Assembly: GCA_043813605.1 (NCBI GenBank) | Contig: JBDRKX010000018.1 | Location: 1-16,683 of the forward strand | Reading direction: 5' to 3' | Length of the DNA: 16,683 nucleotides | From: Elusimicrobiota bacterium | GTDB lineage: Bacteria > CG03 > SLGR01 > JBDRKX01 | Shown: positions 1 to 8,328 of the stretch, one piece after another | How the letters are laid out: each line of letters begins with the position of its first letter | How positions within the stretch are numbered: position 1 is the stretch's first letter | The notes under the pieces: generated by a model | Told to the model about the DNA's origin: nothing | What the model saw: only the letters and a program-made list of their open reading frames with translations | The model's database searches: none | Translations under genes and position numbers: made by a program

Positions 1-84
1 AGAGTTTGTTTCCCTATTAAGTTAAATCAATTGCAGAATACGCTACTGAAGTTGTTGGAAGTACCGATGGAATTGTACCGTTAA
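1..84 (+). CDS. 3' end of an ORF entering from the left edge; possibly the C-terminus of an IS1634/IS4-like transposase
   Basis: Frame +1 is open from base 1 to TAA at 82-84: RVCFPIKLNQLQNTLLKLLEVPMELYR*. The 'L..LQ..LL.LL.VP..LY' pattern resembles, from recall, the amphipathic C-terminal helix of IS1634/IS4-type transposases. Only 27 codons are visible. Confidence 0.35.
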   Translation, partial: RVCFPIKLNQLQNTLLKLLEVPMELYR

Positions 85-136
85 TTTTGCTATCCTTAAT
101 TCAGATTTAAGGCTTCTTCAACAAGCGGAATGTGGG
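1..136 (+). mobile_element. Possible right end of an IS1634-like insertion sequence, convergent with glmS
   Basis: Transposase-like C-terminus, then GCGGAATGTGGG (125-136), which resembles terminal inverted repeats I recall for IS1634-family elements, then the AT palindrome TTTAAA (137-142) as a candidate target-site copy. Bases 1-180 are 33% GC by hand count (59/180), visibly lower than the adjacent genes. The left end is not in the window. Confidence 0.35.
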
Positions 137-180
137 TTTAAAGGATCAGTAAATCAAAAAATAATTATGTAGAAACAGTA

Positions 181-2022
181 TTATTCTACGGTGACGCTTT
201 TAGCAAGATTACGAGGCTGGTCGATATCGCACCCGCGAAGGCACGCTATGTGATAAGCCAGAAGCTGAAGCGGTATCGTATTCAGTACAGGATAGAGTAT
301 ATCGAGCGTTTCCGGTATGTAGATGACATCTTCCGAAACATCTTTTATCTTTTCGTCTCCTTCAGTCGCAAGCGCTATTATTATGCCGTCCCTTGCCCTG
401 GCTTCTTCGATGTTTGACAGTATCTTGTCGTAAACGCCGCATTTTGTCGCTATCACGACAACAGGCATTTCCTCGTCTATCAAAGCGATCGGCCCGTGCT
501 TCATCTCGCCTGCCGGATAGCCTTCTGCATGGATATAGGATATTTCTTTGAGTTTTAGCGCTCCTTCAAGAGCTATCGGATAATTTATGTTTCTTCCGAG
601 ATACAGGAAATCGCGTTTCTTAAAATATTTGCGCGCGATCTCTTCTATGTGATCCTGCTCGGATTCTATGAGCTGGTTCACCTTATTGGGCAGTGACGAA
701 ATGCTGGAAGTAAAGAGTTTCGCATCATCTTCCAGTGTGGTGCCCCGTATCCTGCCAAGATAAAAAGCCAGAAGATAGAGCGCCGTGAGCTGTGTTGTGA
801 AAGCTTTTGTGGAGGCAACGCCGATTTCCGGCCCCGCATGGGTATAGATAACGCCGTCGGTCTCCCTGGTCGCGGAGGAGCCGACCACATTGCAAATTAC
901 CGCTGTTTTTGCTTTCATCTTTTTTGCTTCGCGCATCGCCGCAAGCGTATCGGCTGTTTCTCCCGATTGCGATATGGCGAGTACAAGAGTGTTTTCGTCT
1001 ATCGGCGGTTTTCTATACCGGAATTCGGAAGCTATATCTATTTCGCAGGGTATCTTGAGGTTGTCTTCCAGAAGGAATTTCCCGACAAGGCCCGCATGGT
1101 AGGCCGTACCGCAGCCGACAATAAATATCCTGTTGATATTCTTAAGATAATCTTCGTCAAAACTGAAGTCTTCCAGGTTGACACAAAAATTGTTGCGGTC
1201 GAGCCTTCCGAGCAGTGTCTCCTGTATGGCGCGCTGCTGTTCGTGTATCTCTTTCAGCATGAAATGTTTGTATCCCTGTTTTTCCGCCATAATAGGATCC
1301 CAGTTTATTGTAGAGACCGGTCTTTCGACTTCTTTTTTGTCTGAAGTATATACCGTTATTTTGTTTTTTGTTATCCGGGCGATATCTCCGTCTTCAGGAT
1401 ATATCACTTTCCTTGTGTGTGATAGTATGGCCGGGACATCTTAAGCGATAAAATTCTCGTTTTCACCTATGCCCAGTATCAGTGGAGAATCTTTCCTGGC
1501 GGCAATGATCTCTTCAGGGTTTTCTGAAGAAAGGATACCGAAAGCAAAAGACCCTTCAAGTCTTTCAACTGTTTTAAAAACAGCTTCAAGCAGGTTTTTT
1601 GTTTTTTTATAGAATTCTTCCGTAAGATGGGCTATGACCTCAGTATCTGTTTCTGAAGTGAAAGTGTGCCCTTTTCCTGATAATTCTTCTTTAAGGGCCA
1701 GGTAATTCTCTATTATGCCGTTATGTACAACAACTATTTTTTCCGTACAGTCAGTGTGCGGATGGGCATTCTCGTCAGAAGGTTTTCCGTGGGTCGCCCA
1801 GCGCGTATGCCCTATAGCCGTTGTGCCGCGTAACGGATTCTCTTCAAGGAGTTTCCGGAGGTTGGAAAGTTTTCCTTCGCAGCGCTGCCGTTCGATAGTG
1901 CCGTTATCCGAAATAACGGCTATCCCGGCAGAATCGTAGCCTCGGTATTCAAGACGGCTTAACCCGCCGATAAGTATTTCGGAAGCGTTCTTATCTCCCG
2001 TATATCCTACTATACCGCACAT
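181..2022 (-). pseudogene. glmS: Glutamine--fructose-6-phosphate aminotransferase (isomerizing), interrupted by one in-frame TAA at 1441-1443
   Basis: N-terminal MCGIVG (catalytic Cys), LEYRGYDSAG, GHTRWATHG, HNGIIEN, SQSGETADT, VASTKAFT, EGALKLKEISYIHAEG and C-terminal PRNLAKSVTVE. ORFs 1441..2022 and 181..1407 are in the same frame (1842 bp, 614 codons) and read ...ENENFIA*DVPAILSHTRKVIYPEDGD..., where GlmS normally has 'ASD'. Gene identity is certain; true pseudogene versus sequencing error is not. Confidence 0.85.
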
Positions 2023-3371
2023 CAGGAAAAATCCTGTTCTACCGCAGCGGTTATCTTTTTTACAGATTCCCTCGTCTTATCTTCACTCGGCCCTTCTACC
2101 ATTACACGCAGTATAGACTGTGTACCGGAATACCTGACAAGAACCCTCCCGCATGAGCCCAGATCGTCTTCTACTTCTTTTATGGCTTTCTGTACAGAGG
2201 GAAGATCTTCGATCGGAGGTTTATCTTTGACCGTGATGTTCTTGAGTATCTGAGGGAATACTTTCATGACTTTTGCCAGTTCGGAGAGTGGCTGTCCGGC
2301 AGTCTGCATTACAGCCAGGAGTTGCAGCGCCGTGAGTATGCCGTCACCCGTAGTGTGATGGTCAAGAAGGATGACATGCCCTGAATCTTCGCCGCCGAGA
2401 ACCGCTCCGTGCTCTATCATTTTTTCAAGTACCAGCCTGTCGCCGACCGGCGCTTCGATCCTGTTTATTTTCAGATCTTCAAATGCTTTAAGAAGCCCTA
2501 TATTGCTCATTATTGTCGTTACCACAAGGTCATTTTTCAGTTCACCGGTAGCCTGAAGGTGTTTTGCGATGATGGCTATTATCGTGTCCCCGGTTATTAT
2601 ATGCCCGTTCTCATCAGTTACTATCAGCCTGTCCCCGTCCCCGTCAAAAGCCAGTCCGATATCGGCTCCGTGCATTACGACATATTCAGCGAGGATCTCA
2701 GGATAAAGAGAACCGGCGTCCTTGTTGATATTTGTCCCGTCCGGGCTCGTGTTAAGGGTCGCGACTTCGGCGCGCATTTCCCTGAAAAGAGTAGGAGCTA
2801 TTTTATAGGTGGCGCCGTTAGCGCAATCTATTACGATCTTCATGCCTTCGAGATTGATCCTCTTGTGAAGGGCGTGTCTTAAGAACACTATGTATCTGCC
2901 CAGGGCATCATCTTCCCTGTAGGCTTTACCGACATCTTTTGAAGGCGGAAGGAGTTCGCTCAATTTCCCCGAAAAGATGAGTTCTTCGATCTCATCTTCC
3001 TGTTCGGTGGTGAGTTTGAATCCTGAATTGGAAAATATCTTTATGCCATTGTCTTCATAAGGATTATGAGACGCTGATATGACAACACCGGCGTCTGCAT
3101 CCATATTGTTTGTGATAAAAGCTATTCCGGGTGTGGGCATCGGGCCGACAAGGACGACATTAGCGCCCATAGAACAGATGCCGGTAGAGAGCGCCGTTTC
3201 GATCATGTAGCCTGAAAGCCGCGTGTCTTTCCCGACTATTATCCTCGGCTTGTGCCCATCTTTTCTAAGAACATACGCGAGCGCCTGCCCTATTTTCAGG
3301 GCTGTTTCCGATGTCATGGGTTCCTTATTGGCAACCCCCCTTATCCCGTCAGTACCAAACAGTTTTCCCAT
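2022..3371 (-). CDS. glmM: Phosphoglucosamine mutase
   Basis: LFGTDGIRG, GKDTRLSGYM, phosphoserine loop ISASHNP, metal-binding DGDGDR, GGEDSGH, RVLVRYSGT; 449 aa; stop overlaps the glmS start (TGATG). Confidence 0.97.
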   Translation of the reverse strand: MGKLFGTDGIRGVANKEPMTSETALKIGQALAYVLRKDGHKPRIIVGKDTRLSGYMIETALSTGICSMGANVVLVGPMPTPGIAFITNNMDADAGVVISASHNPYEDNGIKIFSNSGFKLTTEQEDEIEELIFSGKLSELLPPSKDVGKAYREDDALGRYIVFLRHALHKRINLEGMKIVIDCANGATYKIAPTLFREMRAEVATLNTSPDGTNINKDAGSLYPEILAEYVVMHGADIGLAFDGDGDRLIVTDENGHIITGDTIIAIIAKHLQATGELKNDLVVTTIMSNIGLLKAFEDLKINRIEAPVGDRLVLEKMIEHGAVLGGEDSGHVILLDHHTTGDGILTALQLLAVMQTAGQPLSELAKVMKVFPQILKNITVKDKPPIEDLPSVQKAIKEVEDDLGSCGRVLVRYSGTQSILRVMVEGPSEDKTRESVKKITAAVEQDFS

Positions 3372-4099
3372 CAGCTCTTTTCTCCTTCTTCAATATTCTG
3401 CCTCAATTTTATTATGGTTTTTGGGACATAGTATCCCCTTGCGGTTGTATTCGGGTATAATATGGAGTCTTTTGAGATTATAGTGCCGGGCGATGTTACC
3501 GAATTGCATCCTGTTTCGCTGCCGTCACCGATGATAGCGCCGAATTTCCGCAGGCCGGTTTCATACTTTCTTCCGCCGGCGGAAACCACTATCAGAGATC
3601 CCGTGACTTTCAGGTTGGCCAGTTTTGTTCCTGCACCCAGGTTCACTTTTCCGAGTATGCTGTCGCCTATATAAGCAAAGTGGCCGGCTTTGCTCTCTCC
3701 GAGCAAAACAGAATTCTTTACTTCAGTGGAATGTCCTATAACGCATGAATCTCCGGCTATGACATTACCGCGGATATAGGCGGAGTGCCGCACTTGAGTA
3801 TTCTCTCCGATAACAGCCGGGCCCTTGATAAACGCTCCCGGTTCTACGGTACATCCGGCGCATAATTGTATGTTGTTGTCCATAAGAAACGCGCCTGCAT
3901 GGACAATTGCACCGTTTTCAAGCCGGGTCGTAGCCATTACCAGGGGTCCGTTTTTTTCGATTCCGGATACATTGGGTTGCAGGTTGTCTTCTAAATACCG
4001 GCTGATATTACGCAGCCCTTCCCAGACATATTCTGTATCTCTGAAAAGCGCGCTGAAAATGGTGTTATCCTCGCTAAAAAAATCTTTTGGGCTGAACAT
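3371..4099 (-). CDS. Stand-alone left-handed beta-helix acyltransferase resembling the C-terminal domain of archaeal-type GlmU; probable glucosamine-1-phosphate N-acetyltransferase
   Basis: Hexapeptide repeats and motifs IKGPAVIG, VRHSAYIRG, GHSTEVKNS, HFAYIGDSILG, NLGAGTKLAN, RKFGAIIGD, GCNSVTSPGT. 242 aa with no LAAGxGTRM nucleotidyltransferase signature. First gene before glmM-glmS with TGATG overlap. Confidence 0.8.
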   Translation of the reverse strand: MFSPKDFFSEDNTIFSALFRDTEYVWEGLRNISRYLEDNLQPNVSGIEKNGPLVMATTRLENGAIVHAGAFLMDNNIQLCAGCTVEPGAFIKGPAVIGENTQVRHSAYIRGNVIAGDSCVIGHSTEVKNSVLLGESKAGHFAYIGDSILGKVNLGAGTKLANLKVTGSLIVVSAGGRKYETGLRKFGAIIGDGSETGCNSVTSPGTIISKDSILYPNTTARGYYVPKTIIKLRQNIEEGEKS

Positions 4100-4106
4100 A
4101 ATTATA

Positions 4107-4135
4107 AGAATAGCAGACTAATAATTAAAAATCAA
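4107..4135 (-). promoter_or_regulatory. Predicted sigma70-type promoter for the glm operon (probably leaderless)
   Basis: On the minus strand: TTGATT (4135-4130), 17 bp, TATTCT (4112-4107) preceded by extended -10 TG (4115-4114); 7 nt separate the -10 from the ATG at 4099. Confidence 0.6.
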
Positions 4136-4155
4136 GATTAATATACATGCATGAC

Positions 4156-4183
4156 TTGAAATAAGATGAATAAGTGCTAAAAT
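4156..4183 (+). promoter_or_regulatory. Predicted sigma70-type promoter for the panB operon
   Basis: TTGAAA (4156-4161), 16 bp, TAAAAT (4178-4183) with extended -10 TG (4175-4176); panB ATG at 4202. Confidence 0.6.
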
Positions 4184-4201
4184 AACTTAATCATAAAGAA
4201 A

Positions 4202-4999
4202 ATGGACAAGAAAACTATAACTATTATCAAAGATATGAAAAAAAACGGAGAGCGGATAGTTGCGCTTACGTGTTATTCATATTCAGTAGCCAGACTGATG
4301 AACAAGTCGGATATAGACATAATACTGGTCGGTGATTCGGTAGGTATGGTCGAACTGGGCTATGAGAATACTATTCCGGTTACACCGGAAGAGATGCTGC
4401 ACCATATTAAAGCCGTAAAACGCTCACAGCCCTCTGCACTTCTCGTCGCAGACATGCCTTTTATGAGCTATAACATATCGGACAAAGAGACATTGCGCAT
4501 GGCCGGCAGGTTCCTCAAGGAGGGCGGCGCTGAAGCTGTTAAACTCGAAGGCGGTAAGACTGTTTCTTCTATTATAAAACTGCTTGTTGATAATAATATA
4601 CCTGTGATGGGCCATATAGGGCTTACACCGCAATCTATACACAGGATGGGTGGCTATAAGGTACAGGGCAGGTCAGAACAAGAAGCCGGGATGCTTAAAG
4701 AAGACGCCCGGCTGCTTGATGAAGCCGGGGTGTTTTCTATAGTTCTGGAAGGGGTTCCAGCGATGCTTGCCCGTGATATTTCAGCTTCTGTTTCGGTTCC
4801 TACAATAGGGATAGGCGCCGGGATCCATTGTGACAGGCAGATACTTGTTGTAAATGATATGCTCGGGCTGGATATGGATATGAAACTGAAGTTCGTAAGA
4901 AGATATGCCGATATAGGCAAAGACATTCTGACAGCATTCGACAGGTATGCCGCGGAAGTCCGGGCGGGAAAGTTTCCTGCGGAAGAAGAAAGTTACTGA
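4202..4999 (+). CDS. panB: 3-methyl-2-oxobutanoate hydroxymethyltransferase
   Basis: ILVGDSVGMV, ADMPFMSY, AVKLEGG, VMGHIGLTPQ, VLEGVP, PTIGIGAG, KFVRRY, FPAEEESY; 265 aa. Confidence 0.96.
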   Translation: MDKKTITIIKDMKKNGERIVALTCYSYSVARLMNKSDIDIILVGDSVGMVELGYENTIPVTPEEMLHHIKAVKRSQPSALLVADMPFMSYNISDKETLRMAGRFLKEGGAEAVKLEGGKTVSSIIKLLVDNNIPVMGHIGLTPQSIHRMGGYKVQGRSEQEAGMLKEDARLLDEAGVFSIVLEGVPAMLARDISASVSVPTIGIGAGIHCDRQILVVNDMLGLDMDMKLKFVRRYADIGKDILTAFDRYAAEVRAGKFPAEEESY

Positions 5000-5000
5000 A

Positions 5001-5852
5001 GTGGAGATATCGGACGATATCAAAGCTGTGCGCGCCCGGCTTCGACAGGAAAGATCTCAGGGGAAAACAATCGGGTTTGTTCCGACAATGGGCGCCCTGC
5101 ACAAGGCTCATGCCCAACTGATAAAAAGGGCAGTCAGTGAAAACGATTTTTCGGTTGTATCTATTTTCGTCAATCCGACGCAATTCGGCCCGGATGAAGA
5201 TTTTAAGACATATCCGGGGGATTTCGATGCTGATACAGCTCTGTGTGACAGCGCGGCAGTTGATACCGTTTTTCATCCGTCTGTCGAAACGCTCTACAAG
5301 GAAGATGAGTCTACCAGGGTAGTAGTCAGCGGTATTACTGATACGATGTGCGGTAAGACACGGCCCGGTCATTTCGAGGGGGTAGCGACCATAGTCTCCA
5401 AATTATTCAATATAATAGAACCCCACCGGGTATATCTGGGACAGAAAGACTACCAGCAGTTCAGAGTAATAGAAAGAATGGTTAAGGACCTGGATTTTGA
5501 TATCGAACTGGTGATGTGCCCGACAGAAAGAGAAGACGACGGTTTGGCGGTTTCATCAAGAAACCGGTATCTTGATGATAAGGAGAGAAAGCAGTCGGCT
5601 TATATTTACAAAGCGTTGAAAAAAGGGAAAGAGATGATCCTTGCCGGAGAAAGAGATGCAGGGGCCGTCAGCAGGAAGATCACAGAGATCATTACCGGCA
5701 ATATTGATGCTCAGGGAATAGACTATGCAGGTGTTTTTGACGCTTATACACTGAAACCTGTCGGAGAAATAAAAAAAGATATCGTTCTCGCGGCGGCCGT
5801 ACGGCTGGGCCGGGCGCGCCTGATAGATAATACGATAGTAGAGGTTTCCTGA
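5001..5852 (+). CDS. panC: Pantoate--beta-alanine ligase
   Basis: GFVPTMGALH, SIFVNPTQF, RPGHFEGVATIVSKLFNI, GQKDYQQ, DGLAVSSRNRYL, RLIDN. Start moved from 4947 to the in-frame GTG at 5001, 1 nt after the panB stop, which gives a typical PanC N-terminus. Confidence 0.94.
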   Translation: MEISDDIKAVRARLRQERSQGKTIGFVPTMGALHKAHAQLIKRAVSENDFSVVSIFVNPTQFGPDEDFKTYPGDFDADTALCDSAAVDTVFHPSVETLYKEDESTRVVVSGITDTMCGKTRPGHFEGVATIVSKLFNIIEPHRVYLGQKDYQQFRVIERMVKDLDFDIELVMCPTEREDDGLAVSSRNRYLDDKERKQSAYIYKALKKGKEMILAGERDAGAVSRKITEIITGNIDAQGIDYAGVFDAYTLKPVGEIKKDIVLAAAVRLGRARLIDNTIVEVS

Positions 5853-5853
5853 T

Positions 5854-6768
5854 ATGTCAGAAATGTTTTACGAGGAAAATTACGGGATAGCTGAACTCAA
5901 AAAAGAAAAGAATGCCGTGATCCTGGCGCATAATTATCAGCCGGCTGAAATCCAGGATATAGCTGATTTTACGGGCGATTCTCTTGAACTTTCGAGAAAG
6001 GCCAGGACAACTGCCGCAGAAGTGATAATATTCTGCGGTGTTGATTTTATGGCAGAAACAGCCAAGGTACTGTCCCCTGATAAAAAGGTAATACTTCCCG
6101 GCGGGGAAGCCACCTGTCCCATGGCGGATATGATCAGTGCAGAAGGACTGAAAGCAATGAAAAATAAATATCCCGATGCGGCAGTGGTCACTTATGTAAA
6201 CACTTCGGCTGCAGTAAAAGCCCAAAGTGATATATGCTGTACTTCTTCAAATGCGGTGAAAATCACGGCTTCATGTAAAGAAGAAGATATTATATTTATA
6301 CCGGACATGAACCTGGGCAGTTATGTGTCAACAAAAGTCAATAAGAATATGATAATCTGGCCCGGATACTGTCCTGTCCATGACAGTATCGGAATAGAAG
6401 ATGTTATGGAAACAAGAGAAAAGTTTCCGGAAGCGGTATTCATGGCCCACCCGGAGTGCGGGGCAGAGGTGCTTGATGCTGCCGATTATGTCGTGTCTAC
6501 CGGACAGATGTTTCTTACTGTGGAAAAAGAAAAAGCCCAAACATTTATTGTGGGAACGGAAGAAGGTATGCTCTACGCACTCGGAAAGAGGTTCCCGGAA
6601 AAAGAATTTGTTCCTGCCGCTCCATGGACAACATGTCAGAATATGAAAAAAATTTCTATTGAGTGTATCTTTAATTCACTTGATAACCTGTCCCCAGAAA
6701 CGGTACTTGCTCCGGAAGTCATAGCAAAAGCATCACTTGCATTGAACAGGATGCTGTCAGTAGGCTGA
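5854..6768 (+). CDS. nadA: Quinolinate synthase
   Basis: ILAHNYQ, GDSLELS, FCGVDFMAE, YVNTSAAVKA, CTSSNA, AHPEC and three candidate [4Fe-4S] cysteines (TCPMA, YCPVH, TCQNMK). Confidence 0.96.
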   Translation: MSEMFYEENYGIAELKKEKNAVILAHNYQPAEIQDIADFTGDSLELSRKARTTAAEVIIFCGVDFMAETAKVLSPDKKVILPGGEATCPMADMISAEGLKAMKNKYPDAAVVTYVNTSAAVKAQSDICCTSSNAVKITASCKEEDIIFIPDMNLGSYVSTKVNKNMIIWPGYCPVHDSIGIEDVMETREKFPEAVFMAHPECGAEVLDAADYVVSTGQMFLTVEKEKAQTFIVGTEEGMLYALGKRFPEKEFVPAAPWTTCQNMKKISIECIFNSLDNLSPETVLAPEVIAKASLALNRMLSVG

Positions 6769-6774
6769 AGAAAA

Positions 6775-8328
6775 ATGCATAAAAGTGATGTGCTTGTAAT
6801 AGGCAGCGGTGTAGCCGGCCTCTCTTTTTCACTTTTCCTTGACAGTGACATATCAGTTAATATGGTTACAAAATCGGATCCTGATGATACATCCACCAGC
6901 AGGGCGCAGGGGGGGATAGCATGTGTAACGGCTGCCGAGGACTCGTTCACAGAACATATAAAAGACACTATTCTTGCCGGTGACGGTCTTTGTGACAGAA
7001 AAGTTGTCGATATGGTGGTAAAGAGCGGTCCTGCCAGGATAAATGATCTTAAGAAATGGGGAGTACGGTTTACAGGCGGCAACCGGGAACCCGAACTGGG
7101 CCGCGAGGGAGGGCATTCGAGAAGAAGAATACTGCACAAGGAAGACCGGACAGGAGAAGAAGTAGAAAAGAAACTGCTTGCCAGGGCAAAGAGCCGCAGT
7201 AATATCAGTATCTTCCCGCATAATACAGTTATAAATCTTATTATGAAAAACGGCCGCTGCCGCGGCGCGTATGTTCTTAACAACAGGACGCTCCGCGTAA
7301 ATACATATATTGCAAAGACAGTGGTACTGGCTACCGGCGGCTGCGGGAAGGTCTATCTATATACTTCAAATCCGGATATAGCTACGGGAGACGGAATAGC
7401 TATGGCGTACAGGATAGGCGCTAAAATAGCCAACATGGAATTTATCCAGTTCCATCCTACGACATTGTATTCCACGGTAGAAACATCGTTCCTGATCACC
7501 GAGGCTATGAGGGGGGAGGGCGCCCTGCTTGTTAATTCCAGAGGTGAACCTTTTATGCAGGCTTATGATAAAAGAAAAGAACTTGCCCCAAGGGATATAG
7601 TGGCAAGAGCCATAGATAATGAGATGAAAAAAAGGGGTGTCAAAAATCTTTACCTGGATATACATTCACACCGCTCTCCGGATTTCATCAGAAAAAGGTT
7701 CCCTTTAATATACCGGACACTGAAAAAAACGGGAATAGATATAACATCTGAGAACATACCTGTTGTACCGGCGGCTCATTACTGCTGCGGCGGGATATAT
7801 ACGGACAGTTACGGATTTACCGGGATACGCGGGCTGATAGCCCTCGGGGAATGTGCTTATACCGGTCTTCACGGCGCAAACCGCCTGGCATCAAATTCGC
7901 TTCTCGAAGCGCTTGTATCGGGCTTCCGGGCATCAGAAAAAGTACCGGAGAGTATTAAAAGAGTGAAAATAGCATCAGTTAAACGCTGGGAATACACAGG
8001 TAAGCGGCTGCCCAGGGAAAAGGTGTTTATTGAACATAACTGGATGGCTCTCAGGAGGGTCATGTGGAACTATGTCGGAGTTGTCCGGTCCTCGAGAAGA
8101 CTCAGGGAAGCATTAAAACGCGTGGAGGTAATAGGCCGGGAAGTAGACTATTACTACTGGAACTATCTTATTACACCGCAGTTAGTCGAGATGAGGAACC
8201 TGGTGGAAGTTGCCAGGATAATAATCAGATCTGCCGCTAAACGCAGGGAGAGCAGGGGGCTGCATTATAACGCTGATTATCCTGAGAAAAATACAAGATT
8301 CAAAAAAAATACCTACATAACCAGATGA
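6775..8328 (+). CDS. nadB: L-aspartate oxidase
   Basis: FAD motif VIGSGVAG, AQGGIA, REGGHSRRRILH, EFIQFHPT, ITEAMRGEGA, ELAPRDIVARAI, HYCCGG, GLHGANRLASNSLLE, RRESRGLHY; adjacent to nadA. Confidence 0.95.
   Translation: MHKSDVLVIGSGVAGLSFSLFLDSDISVNMVTKSDPDDTSTSRAQGGIACVTAAEDSFTEHIKDTILAGDGLCDRKVVDMVVKSGPARINDLKKWGVRFTGGNREPELGREGGHSRRRILHKEDRTGEEVEKKLLARAKSRSNISIFPHNTVINLIMKNGRCRGAYVLNNRTLRVNTYIAKTVVLATGGCGKVYLYTSNPDIATGDGIAMAYRIGAKIANMEFIQFHPTTLYSTVETSFLITEAMRGEGALLVNSRGEPFMQAYDKRKELAPRDIVARAIDNEMKKRGVKNLYLDIHSHRSPDFIRKRFPLIYRTLKKTGIDITSENIPVVPAAHYCCGGIYTDSYGFTGIRGLIALGECAYTGLHGANRLASNSLLEALVSGFRASEKVPESIKRVKIASVKRWEYTGKRLPREKVFIEHNWMALRRVMWNYVGVVRSSRRLREALKRVEVIGREVDYYYWNYLITPQLVEMRNLVEVARIIIRSAAKRRESRGLHYNADYPEKNTRFKKNTYITR

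Noticed and set aside
61..80. Direct repeat GTACCG...GTACCG
   Set aside because: Six bp, inside the putative ORF tail; compatible with chance.
121..180. Tn7-type end at attTn7
   Set aside because: No 5'-TGT start reading away from glmS at the expected ~25 bp from the stop, and no repeated TnsB-like sites. The TGTGGG at 131-136 points the wrong way.
1441..1443. Genome-wide reassignment of TAA as the explanation for the glmS stop
   Set aside because: TAA terminates glmS right after its conserved SVTVE end and also ends uvrA and the 499-aa gene; no other gene here has an internal stop.
2010..2040. glmS ribozyme upstream of glmS
   Set aside because: The glmM stop overlaps the glmS start (TGATG), so there is no leader.
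4184..4201. Riboswitch or pan/nadA-motif RNA ahead of panB or nadA
   Set aside because: The predicted panB leader is only about a dozen nt and nadA starts 1 nt after panC; no structured GC-rich stretch is present.
4947..5000. Extended PanC N-terminus overlapping panB
   Set aside because: The extra 18 residues are not PanC-like; GTG 5001 gives the normal start.
4800..7283. Long antisense ORFs (4800..5372, 190 aa; 6636..7283, 215 aa) and other short alternative-frame ORFs
   Set aside because: They lie opposite or within well-conserved genes and show no recognisable motifs; treated as shadow ORFs.
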